In this document: piece after piece, positions 24,267 through 37,010 of the stretch
Layout of the letters: each line of letters starts with the position of its first letter
How positions within the stretch are numbered: the stretch's first letter is position 1
Assembly (NCBI RefSeq): GCF_018350175.1
Contig: NC_058368.1
Location: 98,706,001 to 98,770,000, forward strand
Source of the DNA: Felis catus
Taxonomy: Eukaryota
Direction of reading: 5' to 3'
DNA length: 64,000 bases
The notes under the pieces: model-generated
The model's database searches: none
What the model was told of the DNA's origin: nothing
What the model saw: only the letters and a program-made list of their open reading frames with translations
Made by a program: the position numbers and the translations under genes

Positions 24267-24487
24267 AAAAAAAATTTTTTTCAACGTTTTTTATTTATTT
24301 TTGGGACAGAGAGAGACAGAGCATGAACGGGAGAGGGGCAGAGAGAGAGGGAGACATAGAATCGGAAACAGGCTCCAGGCTCCGAGCCATCAGCCCAGAG
24401 CCTGACACGGGGCTCGAACTCACAGACCATGAGATCGTGACCTGGCTGAAGTCGGACGCTTAACCGACTGCACCACCCAGGCGCCCC
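24267..24487 (-). mobile_element. Young felid CanSINE (SINEC_Fc-like)
   Basis: Same subfamily as 4590. Perfect TSD TGAGTATTAGTCATTTTT at 24249-24266 and 24488-24505. Confidence 0.97.
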
Positions 24488-24780
24488 TGAGTATTAGTCA
24501 TTTTTTAGGAGACCTGGGGAATCCAGAAAAATGGATGTGCATGGAGCCAGGCAGTGTGCAGGCGTCACAGGAACTGCAGACGGCGACACATTACCCTAAT
24601 CGGCCTGGCTTCCCAGAAGTCTAGGTCTCCAGGTCCATGCAGGGAGATTCTGCATCAATGGGGCTGAGCTAAAACCCAGACAGTATGTACTTTTTAATGC
24701 TCCTTGGGTGGCCCAGCTGTGCAGCTAGTGGGGAATCACAGCCCCCAAGAGCCAGAGATGAACTTTATAAGAAAGATCTT

Positions 24781-24821
24781 TTTTTTATTTAAATCTTTTT
24801 TATAAATTTTTTTTAATTTAT

Positions 24822-24873
<52 letters not shown>

Positions 24874-25223
24874 CACAAGCAGGGGAGGGGAAGAGTGAGA
24901 ACGGGAGAGAGAGAATTCTAAGCAGTCTCTGCATTGTCAGCACAGCAGTTTGTGAGTTCCAGCCCCGTGTCAGACTCTGTGCTGACAACTTGGAGCCTGA
25001 AGCCTGCTTCTGATTCTGTGTCTCCTTCTCTCTCTGCCCCTCTCCTGCTAGTACTCTGTCTCTCTCTCTCTCAAAAGTAAATAAACATTTTAAAAAAATA
25101 ATGCATATTAAAATTAATATGTGCAGAGCCTGATGCAGGGCTCGAACCCATGCACCATGAGATTGTGACCTGAGCCGAAACCAAGAGTCAGATGCGTAAC
25201 TGATTGATCCACCCAGGTGCCCC
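24781..25223 (-). mobile_element. CanSINE split by an antiparallel SINE fragment
   Basis: 3' half at 24781-24945 and 5' half at 25121-25223. Outer TSD AAGAAAGA(T)CTTTT. Confidence 0.9.
24946..25120 (+). mobile_element. 5'-truncated CanSINE inside the opposite-strand SINE
   Basis: Begins mid-head (CAGTTTGTGAGTTCCAGCCCCG), then (CT)n, A-tail and ~20 extra AT-rich nt. Confidence 0.9.
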
Positions 25224-26156
25224 AAGAAAGACTTTTCTAAAAAAAAAAAAAAGAAAAAAAAAAAAACCAGAGTCAAATCACCTGGGTGGGGCAGGGGAGG
25301 GGGGCAGAAATGACTTTTTAAGGTTTATGTAAAAAAAGAAAAAAAGAATATAAAGAAACTCATCGTTTCCCTCCATCTCCTCACTTTCTCTACCACCTAA
25401 TCCTAATCCAGGGAACCAATTTAAAACAGAAATTCCTGTTTAATATTTGTGGATTTATTGTCTGTGTTGTATAGCATGGCATATAGGCTACAGCACTTTT
25501 CATGTTCGTAGCATACAGGGTAATATAAAAGTGAGAATTAACACATTGTTCGGTAGTGATCGATCCTATAATACCACCAGCTTTTTCTTTGTAAAGCGAT
25601 TTTAATACTTTTTTGGCACACAGGATTTACACACTAACTGTCTTGATACACTGGGTTAAGTTGTCAGAACCATCTGAGTAGAAGTTTTGTGAAATGAATT
25701 TAGCTAATTTTATAACAACTGTGAAATGTTTCTGTAACGCTGTCATCACCGGCTCCTGACAAACACACTATAGAATCACCAGCCACTTCTCAGAGCTTCG
25801 ATACCAGCTCGCCTGTCTGGTTTCTCAACTCGTGGGGTTTCTTTGTGTTTTTTTTTTCTCCTTTTTTTTGTTTTTATATCTTCCCCTCACTCAAGTGAGA
25901 GTGTTTCATTTCACTCATGTTTTGACAGCACTGTTCCATGCATCCTTCTCATCACTGTCCTGCTTTAGAGGTTGTTTTTCTTTCCATTTATAAATGTTTA
26001 TAAACATGTGTTAGATGGTCTCAGATTTTCTGTTGTATACTCGTGAAAGACTTTTTAAAATTGATTGTTTACTGTATCCTCCATGAGCATTGGGATGCTT
26101 TATTTAAAAACAAACAAACAAACAAAGAAACAAACAAAAAAACAAACGTGCTCTCA

Positions 26157-26365
26157 GGGCACATGGGTCTGACTTCAGCTCAGGTCATAATCTCATGGTT
26201 CATGAATTCAAGCCCTGCATTGGGCTGTCTGTTGTCAGCATGGCGCCCTCTTCAGATACTCTGTCCCCCTTTCTTTCTGCGTCTCCCCTGCTCCTGTACA
26301 CACGCACGCTCTCTCTCTCTCAAAAATAAACATTTAAACACTTTTTAAAAAACAAAGTATAAAAA
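26157..26365 (+). mobile_element. CanSINE with 5' internal deletion
   Basis: GGGCACATGGGT joined directly to CTGACTTCAGCTCAGG, so the A-box region is lost. Confidence 0.9.
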
Positions 26366-26619
26366 ATGTATTCTCTTATGCGCTTGAAAATATGTGTAAA
26401 AACTCTTAAGTGTGCACAAACTGTTAGAGCATCCCATGTAATGCTCTGGGGAGAGACATTTGGTAGGCAAGGGTTAAGGCAAATTCATGGCTTCAGTTTG
26501 AAGAGTGATGAGTTTTGGGGGTTTTCCATTCAACCTGGAATCTTGTGTCTTGGAAACAGAGCAGCTCCAGTAAGAATTTGGCTACCACCCTGAGACAGCA
26601 TGGACATGCTTTACAGAGT

Positions 26620-26960
26620 GTGTTCGCTTAATAAGGATTTACTGTCTTGGAAGAGATAGTAAAGTACAAATCATGGTTCCTGAACGCAGCAAGCTTATGA
26701 GTTGAACAAGGCAAGAAGCATCCCACAGCACAGCAGAAGACATCCGTCGGAACAGAAAACGCTCAAAGAGATGGCGAAAACAGAACATTACCCCGCGAAG
26801 GACAGCAGAAAAGTGCCATAGTGTCCTGTGAAGTCCCAGCATGATCAGGGAAGTGTTCATAAAGACATGGCACTGAAGTATAGGCAGGAATTTGCTAGAT
26901 GGAAGGTGGACATAATAAATACCAGGAAGGGGCAGGGGGAGGCGGTGTTTGGAAGCAAGG
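26620..26960 (-). mobile_element. L2 relic
   Basis: Purine-rich antisense L2-like sequence. Confidence 0.5.
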
Positions 26961-27639
26961 GACGTGGTGGCTGGCAAGAGCTGGGTGAAAGGTTCGTAGC
27001 ATAAGGAACTCTTGGAGATAAAATGAGGGATGTTTTACAACTTTTATGAGACATGTAACAGAAACTCTAGTTAAAGAAACAATGAAGTAGTAGGGATTAT
27101 TGGATCAGACAGCATAAAATTCCAGGGATAGGATTCAGTTTAGATATGGCTGATTGGGGTCTGAAGGTGTGACCAGGACCTGGATTCTCTGTTGTTATTT
27201 CTTGACCTTGTGTTCCCAGGGTTTATTCCTTTTCAAGTTTACAAGGATTATATTGTTCCTCCAGATGAGTACATCCCAGTCATTTCCATGGACGAGAAAT
27301 AAAAGCTCCAGCAAACCTCTCTCAGTGGTTTCCCTGGCTCCCTTTGAAGGCATTACTGTGGGTTGAGAGGATGGGGTGTATTGAATGGTTCCTGCCAGTC
27401 CCTTTCATTCCTAGAACTGACTTTGTCCCACCCGCCTGAACTGCTGAAAATGGAAAAATGCATTCATCAAGGGAACTGTTGGTGGAAGAAAAGGAGTGTA
27501 AATGTTGAAAAGGCAAACACTGGCTGTGCTGCTTAGCCAAATATATGGGTCCAGATGTGTAATGTAGGGAGTGAAGAAGCTCAGGTGGTTCATGTTCATT
27601 TTCAGTAGAAACATGAAACATGGCCTGGTACAAAGAATA

Positions 27640-28270
27640 ATGGGAAAGCCCAACATTCGAATAACCTACCGCCTGGGCTTTATACTGCTAGGTATTTTAC
27701 CAATGGAAATGCTTGCACATGTGCATAGAGACATGTACAGGCATATTCATAGTAGCTCTATGCAAAGTAGCAAATTTGAAAACAACCTAAATGTGAATCA
27801 CTACAAGAGTGGAGGAGTCTTTTGTTGTGTATTCATAAAATAACACCATAGGCAAAATGAATAACCAGTAGCAAAATGCGTTGACATGGATTAATCTTAG
27901 TAATAAGTCTTTCAGTGAAAAAAAAAAAAAAAGGATTCCCAAAGATTACACACATGATCATCTTTTTGCAAGTTTAAAACCAACTGAGTTTTGGGCGCCT
28001 GGGTGGCGCAGTCGGTTAAGCGTCCGACTTCAGCCAGGTCACGATCTCGCGGTCCGTGAGTTCGAGCCCCGCGTCAGGCTCTGGGCTGATGGCTCGGAGC
28101 CTGGAGCCTGTTTCCGATTCTGTGTCTCCCTCTCTCTCTGCCCCTCCCCCGTTCATGCTCTGTCTCTCTCTGTCCGAAAAATAAATAAACGTTGAAAAAA
28201 AATTAAAAAAAAAACAAACCTGAGTTTTAAAAATATGTAGTTTTTAAGAATCATGCAAATGCAATAGAAT
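27640..28270 (+). mobile_element. Ancient L1M fragment (host of a young SINE)
   Basis: Degenerate ORF2 C-terminal sequence (LLGILPMEMLAHVHRDMY...ENNLNV). Confidence 0.7.
27993..28219 (+). mobile_element. Young felid CanSINE (SINEC_Fc-like)
   Basis: Same subfamily with CpGs largely intact. TSD core CTGAGTTTT at 27984-27992 and 28220-28228. Confidence 0.97.
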
Positions 28271-28289
28271 TATACACAAAGGGAGGAGA

Positions 28290-30110
28290 CAGAAAAGAAA
28301 TAAACAAGTGAATGGGTAATATACATGGCGGTGTCATGTGGCTCTGGAAAACAATCCATGTAAGATAATAGAGGATGCTGAAGGGGAAATGTTGGGATGT
28401 TATTTAATATGTGATGGTCACCGATGTCTTCTCTTAGAAGATAGCGTTGAAGCAGAGAATGGATGGAAGTGAAGGAGGGAGTCTTGTGGTTGACACAGGA
28501 AGAAATCTCTTCTGTGAAGCGGGGGGGGAGTAAGTGCAAATGCAGTAGTTACTGTAGTGGAAGTGTGCTTAGGGTGTCCCAGCAGCTTCAGAGAAGCCAG
28601 TCTGGATGAAGAACAGCGGTATGGGGTAACATGGTAGGGTGCAAAGTCAGGACGGCAGAGGGGGTTCAGATCACGTAGGGTTCTCAAAGCCATTATAAAG
28701 ACCTGGCAATTGACCTCCATTAGATAGGAATCCTTTGGAGGGTATTGAGGAAGGGAGTGATACAGTAATTTTAAAAGAGTTACTATGGCTTCTTTGTAAA
28801 GAAAAAAAATGGGAAGGCCAAGCTTGAAATTGGGGAGATCAGAGAGCACTTAAAAGGCTTTGAAGTCATCCAAGAGAAGGGTGATGGTTCCTTGGGAAAA
28901 CATGATTGTTCTGGTTATCTATTACTTTGGAATAAATGACCCTGAACTTAGTGGCTTGTAACAACAGCCAGTGGATAATATGTCACATTTTTGTGGGTCG
29001 CACATTGAAAATAACGCCCTCAACTGGAAGTTGTGCTTCATGAGGAGTAAACAAGGATCATTTTGAGGTGTATGGCTGGTGGCTTATCTGGAGGATCCAA
29101 GACCACTTCAGACACATACTTGATGCCTTGGAAGGGAGATCAAGAAGGCTGGGCTTCCTTGAATCCCTCTCTCCTTCCATGCAGTTTCAGAACCTCTCCA
29201 CATGGTCTTTTCCAGTGTGTTATTCAGACTACTTACATAGTGCTTTACAGCTCCAAGAGGAAGTATCGTAGTAGACCAGAAGTGATAGCTGCCAGTGTCT
29301 TAAGGCCTGGATCTAGAAAGTGGGGCAACATCACTAGTGTCATATTCTATTTGTCATAGCTGCCACAGGACCCACCAAAATTCCGGGGACTGGGATTTAA
29401 GCTTTATGTCTTGATGGGAGGACTCTCAAAGAATTTGTGGGCATATATAACCTGCCATAGTGCAAGAGGTGCAGATTGTGAGAAAAGGTTGAATTCTAGT
29501 TAAGTTTTAAGGGCTTAGCCTGTAGGTTTGGCTAATGGATTAGATGTGCCTTTGAAAGAAAAAAGAAGAATCATGTTTGGCAGTATGATTTTATTTTTAT
29601 CTAGACACCTGGAGGAATGCGGTTGCCGTTTACTGATACAGGGAAAATTGTGGAAAGCAAAAGCAGAAGTTCCATTTTGCACATGGTAAATTTGAGCTGC
29701 CTGGTAGACATCTGAATGGACATATCAAGTAGGTTGCCAGATATATGACTGTGGAGTTCAAGAGAGAAGTTTGAACAGAGGCTATTTGCATATAGATGGT
29801 ATTTAAATTAATGGGACTGGATGAGCTTCATTTAGGGAGGAGAGTAGGTGGAGAAGAGGAGAAATCTAATTACGGAGCCTAAGGGAATTTTAAATATTAG
29901 CAATTACTGAAAGGAGGAAGAACTAGCAAAGAAGCCAAGAGAGAGTGGGTCATGAAGAACCAAGGGAAAATGATGTCTTAGAAGCCTAGTGAAACTTTCT
30001 GAAGGACTAGGAATGATCAAATTAGTTACACATGGCTGATTACGTAGGTGAGGACTACAACTTGAATATTATCTTGGCACCTAGAATCCATTGGTGAACC
30101 TTATGGGAGC
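28290..30110 (-). mobile_element. L2 relic split by an MLT1 LTR
   Basis: Antisense L2 hallmarks (GGTAGACATCTGAATGGACATATCAAGTAGG, TAGATGGTATTTAAA). Confidence 0.75.
28907..29459 (-). mobile_element. Old MLT1-type MaLR LTR inserted in an L2
   Basis: GTTATCTATTACT...AACTTAGTGGCTT at one end and CAAAGAATTTGTGGGC at the other. L2 sequence lies on both sides. Confidence 0.72.
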
Positions 30111-30849
30111 TATTTGAGTCCTAGGAACAAAAACCTATCTGAGTGGCCCCAGAAAACAAGTAGAGAAGGCGAGCATGGACAAAATCCATATATTATATGG
30201 ATCCATACATTATATTCCTCTTGTTGGCCCACATGAAATGTCTCTATTCTCAGTCTTGGCCTCTGTGTCTGAACAGAGGGGACACCAAGGGCTCCGGGGA
30301 TTTGTCTCAACTTAAGGGCACTTGCTAAATTAACGCCTATGACTTTAAGTCTGTGACTTAAAGAATGTTGGCTAGAATTGTTTTTGGCCATGGAGTATGT
30401 TTCTATCTGTCTCCCTCTCACACTGTTAAATATCCAGAAGTCTTCTCCACTTTGAGTTTAAATGCTTGTTTGGAAATGCCTTGTTACTACTATGTCAAAA
30501 TGGCAAGAGGAATAAATTCTGATTTCAAATCTGTGAGGAAAAAAATGGAATTTGAAAGCCTTTGGGCTTATACTTCTCAGCTGGCCACAGGTCACACCAT
30601 TATATGCTGTCTTCTTATTATTTCCCTCTTTGTCTCTGAAGGCATTGGTATGTGAACTGGTGTTTTCACTGTGGCAAGGCTACAACCTTCTTTTGGATTA
30701 ATTTGGTAAAAGTTTAGGAGCACAGTGAGCCTGGAGGACATTGACCCCACTGGTAGGAACTCACTGCTACTCATTGGATGATTTTGACAGCAGTGATGTT
30801 AATGATGGCACCATCGCCTCTGCAACACTACTGCAAGAGAAAGAGGTGC

Positions 30850-30990
30850 TGTGGTAATTATGTTATACATCCTGTCCCATAGAATCGTTCCTATACATTG
30901 GGGTAGGAATTACTATTGTTGCCATTTACAGATGAGAAATTGAGATTTAATAAGGTTCAATAACTTGTTTAGTGTCATATATCCAGTCTG
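30850..30990 (-). mobile_element. MIR
   Basis: CCATTTACAGATGAGAAATTGAG...TAACTTG. Confidence 0.7.
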
Positions 30991-31123
30991 TGCTGTCAAC
31001 ACACAAAGGTAGGGAGAATGGAAAGCTTCTAAGGTTTGAGTGCTATTTCCCCTTTGCCAGCTTTAATTCAAATTAGTGAAATAGGATAGCAACTAACCTA
31101 CTTATGCTTTATTGCGAGAAGCA

Positions 31124-31157
<34 letters not shown>
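31124..31157. repeat. (ATCT)8 tetranucleotide microsatellite
   Basis: Directly visible. Confidence 0.97.
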
Positions 31158-31435
31158 GAATACTTTTAATCGATAAAACATTATATGATTTTGAGATACA
31201 TTTCTACAATAAAGGTTGGAACACATTGTTTTAACCCTTTGGCTGACCCATTCTTTAAGGTTGACAATTTGTAGTACTTTTACTTTGGTCTTTTCTTTAA
31301 GTTTTCTGGATTGCTAATTTCAATGAAATAGAGTTTTGTGTTAAATGATTGCCTTTCATATTTTTCTACCTGAAGCCAAATGATTTATATGTGCCTTTTT
31401 CTGCAAAAATAAGTCATATATTAATAGTAAATATA

Positions 31436-31965
31436 TTTGTTTTTTGGGTGTGGAATTTTGTAGGTTCTTTATAGATTTTGGATACCAACGCTTTATCCAA
31501 TATGTCATTGTGTGTATGTGTGTGTGTGTATAGTAACATACATAATATATAATAATATATATAATGAAATACTCCTCAGCAATGAAAAAGTATGAAATCT
31601 TGCCATTTGCAGCAATGCAAATGGAATTAGAAGATATTATGCTAAGTGAAATAAGTCAGAGAATGAGATATCATATGATTTCAGTCATATGTGGAATTTT
31701 AGAAACTCAGATAGATGAACATAGGGGAAGGGAAGGAAAAATAAGATAAAAATAGGCATGGAGGCAAACCATAAAAGACTCTTAAATATGGAGAACAAAC
31801 CAAGGGTTGCTGGGGGCGGTAGAGGGGTGGGTGGGGGGTGTATTAAAATGTTGACAGGCATAAAGGAGGGCACTTTTCAGGATGAGCACTGGATGTCATA
31901 TATAAGAGATGAATCACTGGGTTCTACTACAGTGTATGTTAACTAACTTAAAAATAAAATTTAAA
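31436..31965 (+). mobile_element. 5'-inverted truncated carnivore L1
   Basis: 31436-31510 is antisense ORF2, followed by sense ORF2 end (KYEILPFAAMQMELEDIMLSEISQ) and 3'UTR. TSD AATAG(T/C)AAATATA at 31423-31435 and 31966-31978. Confidence 0.88.
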
Positions 31966-33081
31966 AATAGCAAATATAACTTTTATAGCATTTTTAATAG
32001 TATTGATTTGCCTAGTTTTTGTGATTATTCTCAATTCAAATAAAAGTCTTTGGTTTTAAGCTGAAAACAGCAAAGCTTAGAGAAGCATAAATAGGACTTA
32101 AAGAAATAAAAAGTGTTACCTGATTTTTAAAACATATTTGTATTTATGTTAAACTTACAGGTAAATTACAAGAAGAGAAATCCTGAAGCTTTTTAAAAAA
32201 TAAAATGTTAAGTTCTCTCTTCTTTTTCTGTTAAGTTATGAAAGACAATTTTCTTTCCATTTATTTTCATTTTGATATTATTTCACCCAGGGGAATGCAA
32301 GTAGAAAGCTATTTATACTTGGTATTTACCAATTTATAAATTCCATGAAACTAATTAATTCATATATCAAAAGGTATGCTTAAACAATACTGCAAAGCAT
32401 GTTGTCTGTTTTCTCTTTTTTTCAAATAATTATAAATATAAGCTTAACATTGGGATTGTTTAGTTTGAAAAATTCAGAAAGGACTGGATTTAAGACAGTT
32501 ATTCAGTGACCCAGATTATTCCAGATTAATATAGAGGGAAAACATGACACAGAATTTGATTTAGGCAATCTTGAGATACTCCAAATTCAGGATTTATTCT
32601 GTTCTGAAATGTCTCCCAAACTGCCAAGATCCTAGCATTCCATGGAGTGGAATCCATCATACCATCCTCTCTGTCGCCATCTCTGTCTAGTCAATGGTAC
32701 TGCATCTGTATGGTCACCACATTTGCCAAGAGAAAGCGCTTACTTTTCTGGCCAAGTGAATGTATATTCACAAAAAAGTTAAGAAATTTATGGAAGGAAT
32801 TAACTTGAGAGAAGTTTGGGATTTTTTTTTGTTTTTCTACTTTTCTAATTCTAGCTTTATAATTAACAACAGATAGAAGAGGGCATCCCAGCTTTTGCCC
32901 CTACAGAGTATTCAAAATGTCTTCTTTTTGAAAACTCAGATAGAAACACTTCTCTTGGAAAACCAGAGGTTTTGATACAAGTTAGACCTTTTGAAAATAA
33001 CATTTTTTTGCCTATGTGTAAAAACACCATAGACTCGTTGTCATAAGTTCAGCTAATATACTGAAATGTAAACAAGAAAGT

Positions 33082-33774
33082 ATGGCATACCACAGAAATA
33101 CCTCATATTTAGTTCTAGACCATGACAATAAAGCTAGTCAAATGAATTTTTTTGTTTCCCACTGTCTATGAAAATCATGCTTACAGATACTGTATCTGTT
33201 AAGTGTGCAGTAGTTATTATGTCTAAAAAACAACATGCATACCTTAATTAAAAAACACTTTATTGCCAGGGCGCCTAGGTGGCTCAGTTGGTTAAGCATC
33301 TGACTTCAGCTCAGGTCTTGACCTCATGGTTCAGGAATTGAAGCCCCACATCTGGCTCTCTGCTGTCAGCACAGAGCCATCTTTGGATCCTCTGTCCCCC
33401 CCCCACCCCCCCCCTCGCTGTTCCTCTGTTCACGCGGACACTTTGTCGTTTTCTCTCAGAAATGAGTAAACATTAAAAAAATAGAAAGAAATTTTAAAAA
33501 AGCACTTGATTGTTTAAAAATGCTAATCATCATCTGAGCTTTCAACAAGTCATAATCACTAATCAAAGACCACAACAAATATAGTAATAATCAAAACGTT
33601 TGAAATATTGGGAGAATTACCAAAATGTGACACAGGAAAACAAAGTGAGCCCTGTGGGAAAAATGGCACTGGTAGACTTGCTCGACACAGGGTTGCTACA
33701 AACCTTCAATCTATAAAAAACATAAGAGCTGCAAAGTTCAATAAAGTGAAGTATAAAAAAACAAGGTATGCCTT
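33082..33774 (-). mobile_element. Tigger1-derived internally deleted DNA transposon, interrupted by a SINE
   Basis: Termini GGCATACC and AAGGTATGCC, plus Tigger1-like subterminal sequence (GAGAATTACCAAAATGTGACACAG). Confidence 0.85.
33268..33497 (+). mobile_element. CanSINE nested in the Tigger1 derivative
   Basis: Degenerate TSD AAAAA(A/G)CACTT(T/G)ATTG. Confidence 0.93.
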
Positions 33775-33851
33775 AAAACATAATTCCAGGACAAAAATTG
33801 GTGCTCTCACATAGAAATTCTTGTAGTTAATTTCTTCCATGGGACCAGTTT

Positions 33852-34061
33852 AAAAAAATTTTTTTAATGTTTATTTATTTTTGAGAGAGACAGAGCGTGA
33901 ACGGGGGAGGGGCAGAGAGAAAGGGAGACACAGAACTTGAAGCTGGCTCCAGGCTCTGAGCCATCAGCACAGAACCCAATGTGGGGCTGGAACTCATGAT
34001 CCATGAGATCATGACCTGAGCTGAAGTCGGATGCTTGACCAACTGAGCCACCCAGGCACCC
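33852..34061 (-). mobile_element. CanSINE
   Basis: TSD ATGGGACCAGTTT. Confidence 0.95.
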
Positions 34062-34548
34062 TGTATGGGACCAGTTTTAAATGTTAAAGTTGTAAGGTAA
34101 AGAAAATTTGTTAGTGTTATGGAATTATCAGATTTTGGAATTCTTCTTTCATGGAGATACTATGTGTATCTTTTTAAGTTAAAGCACATTGATATGCATA
34201 GCTATTTTGAATATGGGTATATATTATGAAAAGCCATACTTACTGGATTTTTTTTAAATAAATGAAGCATTCTGTACTGTTAGGAAAATGTGAAGCGACT
34301 TCACTCAAGAAACATTTACTGAGCACCTACATGCCAGTTACTATTGTTGATGCTATAAGATCTCCAACTCCTCGTTCTCTAAGAAACTAGTAAAGTCGTA
34401 GAATTAGGAATATGATGAGATTATAAGCATTAATTTTTATTTTGTTCCCAGACCACTTTTAAAAAGCAACTGAGTTATCTATAATACTTGCTGATTCATG
34501 CTTGCGTTTTAACAAAGCTAAATTTAGTACTCAAAATGTCTGTAGCTT

Positions 34549-34802
34549 GGGGCACCTGGGTGCCTCAGTCTGTTGAGCATCCAAGTCTTGGGTTTTGGCT
34601 CAAGTCATGATTTCATGGATTAAGTCATGATTTCATGGTTCATGAGTTTGAGCCCTGCATTGGGCTCTGTGCTGGCAGCCAGCACAGAACCTGCTCTCTC
34701 TCTTTCTTTCTGCCCCTCCCCTGCACTCTCTGTCTCTCTGTCTCTCTGTCTCTCTGTCTCTCTCTCTCTCTCTTTCTCAAAATAAATAAAGAAGCATTAA
34801 AA
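34549..34802 (+). mobile_element. CanSINE with internal 20-nt duplication
   Basis: TSD AAAATGTCTG(T/C)AGCT. AAGTCATGATTTCATGG occurs twice (34602, 34622). Confidence 0.93.
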
Positions 34803-35818
34803 AAAATGTCTGCAGCTGTGGAAAAAGAATTTTTTTTTTGCAGTAAATAATGCTATTTCAATTGAATATATAGACTGGAAATAATAAATGAATTTTGAAC
34901 CTTCCTGTCATTAAGAAAATCACTGTTAGCATGACTGTAGCTCTAACAGTGAAAGAGAAAACAATATAACTTTTGTGAAAAAACAGAATATCTTTATTAC
35001 CTTTTAGTAAGCAAAGAATTTTTTAAGAAACACAGGAAGTTCTATCTGTAATGGAAAAATATCAATAGACTGGGCTAAATGCAGTTGAGCTACTATTTAT
35101 GAAAAAATCACAAAGAGAGTGAAAGGGGAAAACACAAGGAGTAGAATTTTAATATGTATATTTGATAAAGAACTGAATTCCAGAATATACAACTCATTCC
35201 AACAAATCAGCAGCAGTAAGAAAAGACAACCCCATGCAAAAAAAAAAAATGCACAAATGGTGGGAATGTCCATTTTACAAAAGCATTTATGTAAATGACT
35301 GAAAAACATATGAGAATCTACCCAATTTCTTTAATCAAAGAGAAATGCAAATGAAGCCCACTCTATGATATTTATAACCATGCATCACAATGATTAAAAT
35401 GAAAAAAAATAGTATGAAAAGCTGATGAGGACAAGGAACAACTGGAACTCTTATGTCATTATGTCATTGGTAGACACATAAATTGGTTTGACTGCTTTGA
35501 AAACCATGTCTGGAGTCTTCTGAAGCTGAACAGAACATATACAGTAAAAGACACAAATTCCATTTCTAGGTATATACCAAAGGAACTTGTTCATATGTTT
35601 ACTGAAAGACATGTAAAATAATGGTATAGCAGGAATATTTAAAATAGCTCCAAAGTAGAAGTAACCCAATTGCACATCAATAATGAAATGGACAGTGTGG
35701 TATTTTCATACGATGAAAACTACATAGCAAACAGAGTGAAGTTTATGCAACACCATGGATTAATTGTATGAGTTCATAGCGTTTCACTTATTACGTTGAG
35801 CAAAAGAATCCTGACACA

Positions 35819-35995
35819 GGGGCACCTGGGTGGCTCCATTGGTGAAGCATTCGATTATTGAGCTCGGATAAGGTCATGATCTCTCGGTTTGTGAGATGGA
35901 GCCCCACACTGTGCTCTGTCTGCACTGGAGGCGTGGAGCCTACTTGGAATTTTCCCTCCCCTGCTCTCTCTCAAAATAAATAAATAAACTTAAAA
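35819..35995 (+). mobile_element. CanSINE
   Basis: TSD AAAAGAA..CTGACACA. Confidence 0.92.
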
Positions 35996-36182
35996 AAAGA
36001 AGGCTGACACAAAAGATTATTTATGCAAAATTAAAAACCAGTAAAATGAATCTGTGGAATTAGAAATAAGGATTGTTTTTCTGGGGATGTAGTAAATGAA
36101 ACGGGAGCAGTTCTGGAGTGCTTGTTCAAGTCTGTTTCTTGAGTTATCTGTTGATGTCGTAGGTGTGTTCTCTTGTGAATTC

Positions 36183-36390
36183 TTTTTTTTTTTAATGTTT
36201 ATTTTTGAGAGAGGCAGAGACAGAATGCGAGTGGCTTAGGGGCAGAGAGAGAGGGAGACAGAATCCGAAGGAGGCTCCAGGCTCCAAGCTGTCAGCAGAG
36301 AGCCCGACGTGGGGCTCGAACTCACGAGCTGTGAGATTATGACCTGAACCGAAGTCAGACGCTGAACCAACTGAGCCACCCAGGCACCCC
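36183..36390 (-). mobile_element. CanSINE
   Basis: TSD TTCTCTTGTGAATTCT. Confidence 0.95.
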
Positions 36391-36724
36391 AATTCTCTTG
36401 TGAATTCTAAATAGTCTCAGTGTGCATGCTACACTACAATGAAATGTATTCATAAACACTAGAGAAATTGATGAAGGGAAATCTATTTGAAGCTAGTATA
36501 TTGCTTAGGGTTGACTGCTCCAAGACAAAAACCTTAACCTTGGTAAAAAATCACTTCTGGTAGTAAGGAAATGTTCACCCCTCTACATGAGAGTTATCAT
36601 GCTAAATTGAGCTATAATTCCTTATTCATGCTACTGTTCTTGTATTTTTGCCTGGGAAAATCAGAAAATTATCACTAAATTTAAAAAAATAGTGACTGTA
36701 GCTGGGATATTGTTTTTTTTTTTT

Positions 36725-37010
36725 TCTTCCTGCCTTTAAACTTCAACTGAAATACTGACTTTCCTTGGGTCTTGACCCCACCAGCTTTTGAACTTGAGTC
36801 TCTTCCATTGGTTCTCCTGGTTCTCAGGCCTTTGGACTGGGAATAGACGAACCCTGTCGGATTTTGTGGATCACCAGCTTGCTGACCACAGCTCTTGGGA
36901 CTTTTTGGCTTCCATCAACTCCTAAGCCAACCCCTTATAATCTATCTCTTTGTTTCTGTCTTTCTATGCATCCATTTGTTCCATTTCCCTAGAGAACCCT
37001 GACTAATACA
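36725..37010 (+). mobile_element. MLT2 (ERVL) LTR 3' part
   Basis: TCTCCTGGTTCTCAGGCCTTTGGACT and terminal CTAGAGAACCCTGACTAATACA. Confidence 0.85.

Larger units (their letters stand above)
34900..36430 (+). mobile_element. Ancient L1M fragment interrupted by two SINEs
   Basis: Degenerate L1 ORF2 end and 3'UTR (TTCCATTTCTAGGTATATACCAAAGGAAC, AAAGTAGAAGTAACCCAATTG). Confidence 0.7.

Noticed and set aside
32140..32190. AG|GT juxtaposition (CTTACAG|GTAAAT), also TTTTAG|GTAACG at 20744, as recursive splice sites
   Set aside because: The pyrimidine tracts are weak and the donors non-consensus. Such words are common in AT-rich DNA.
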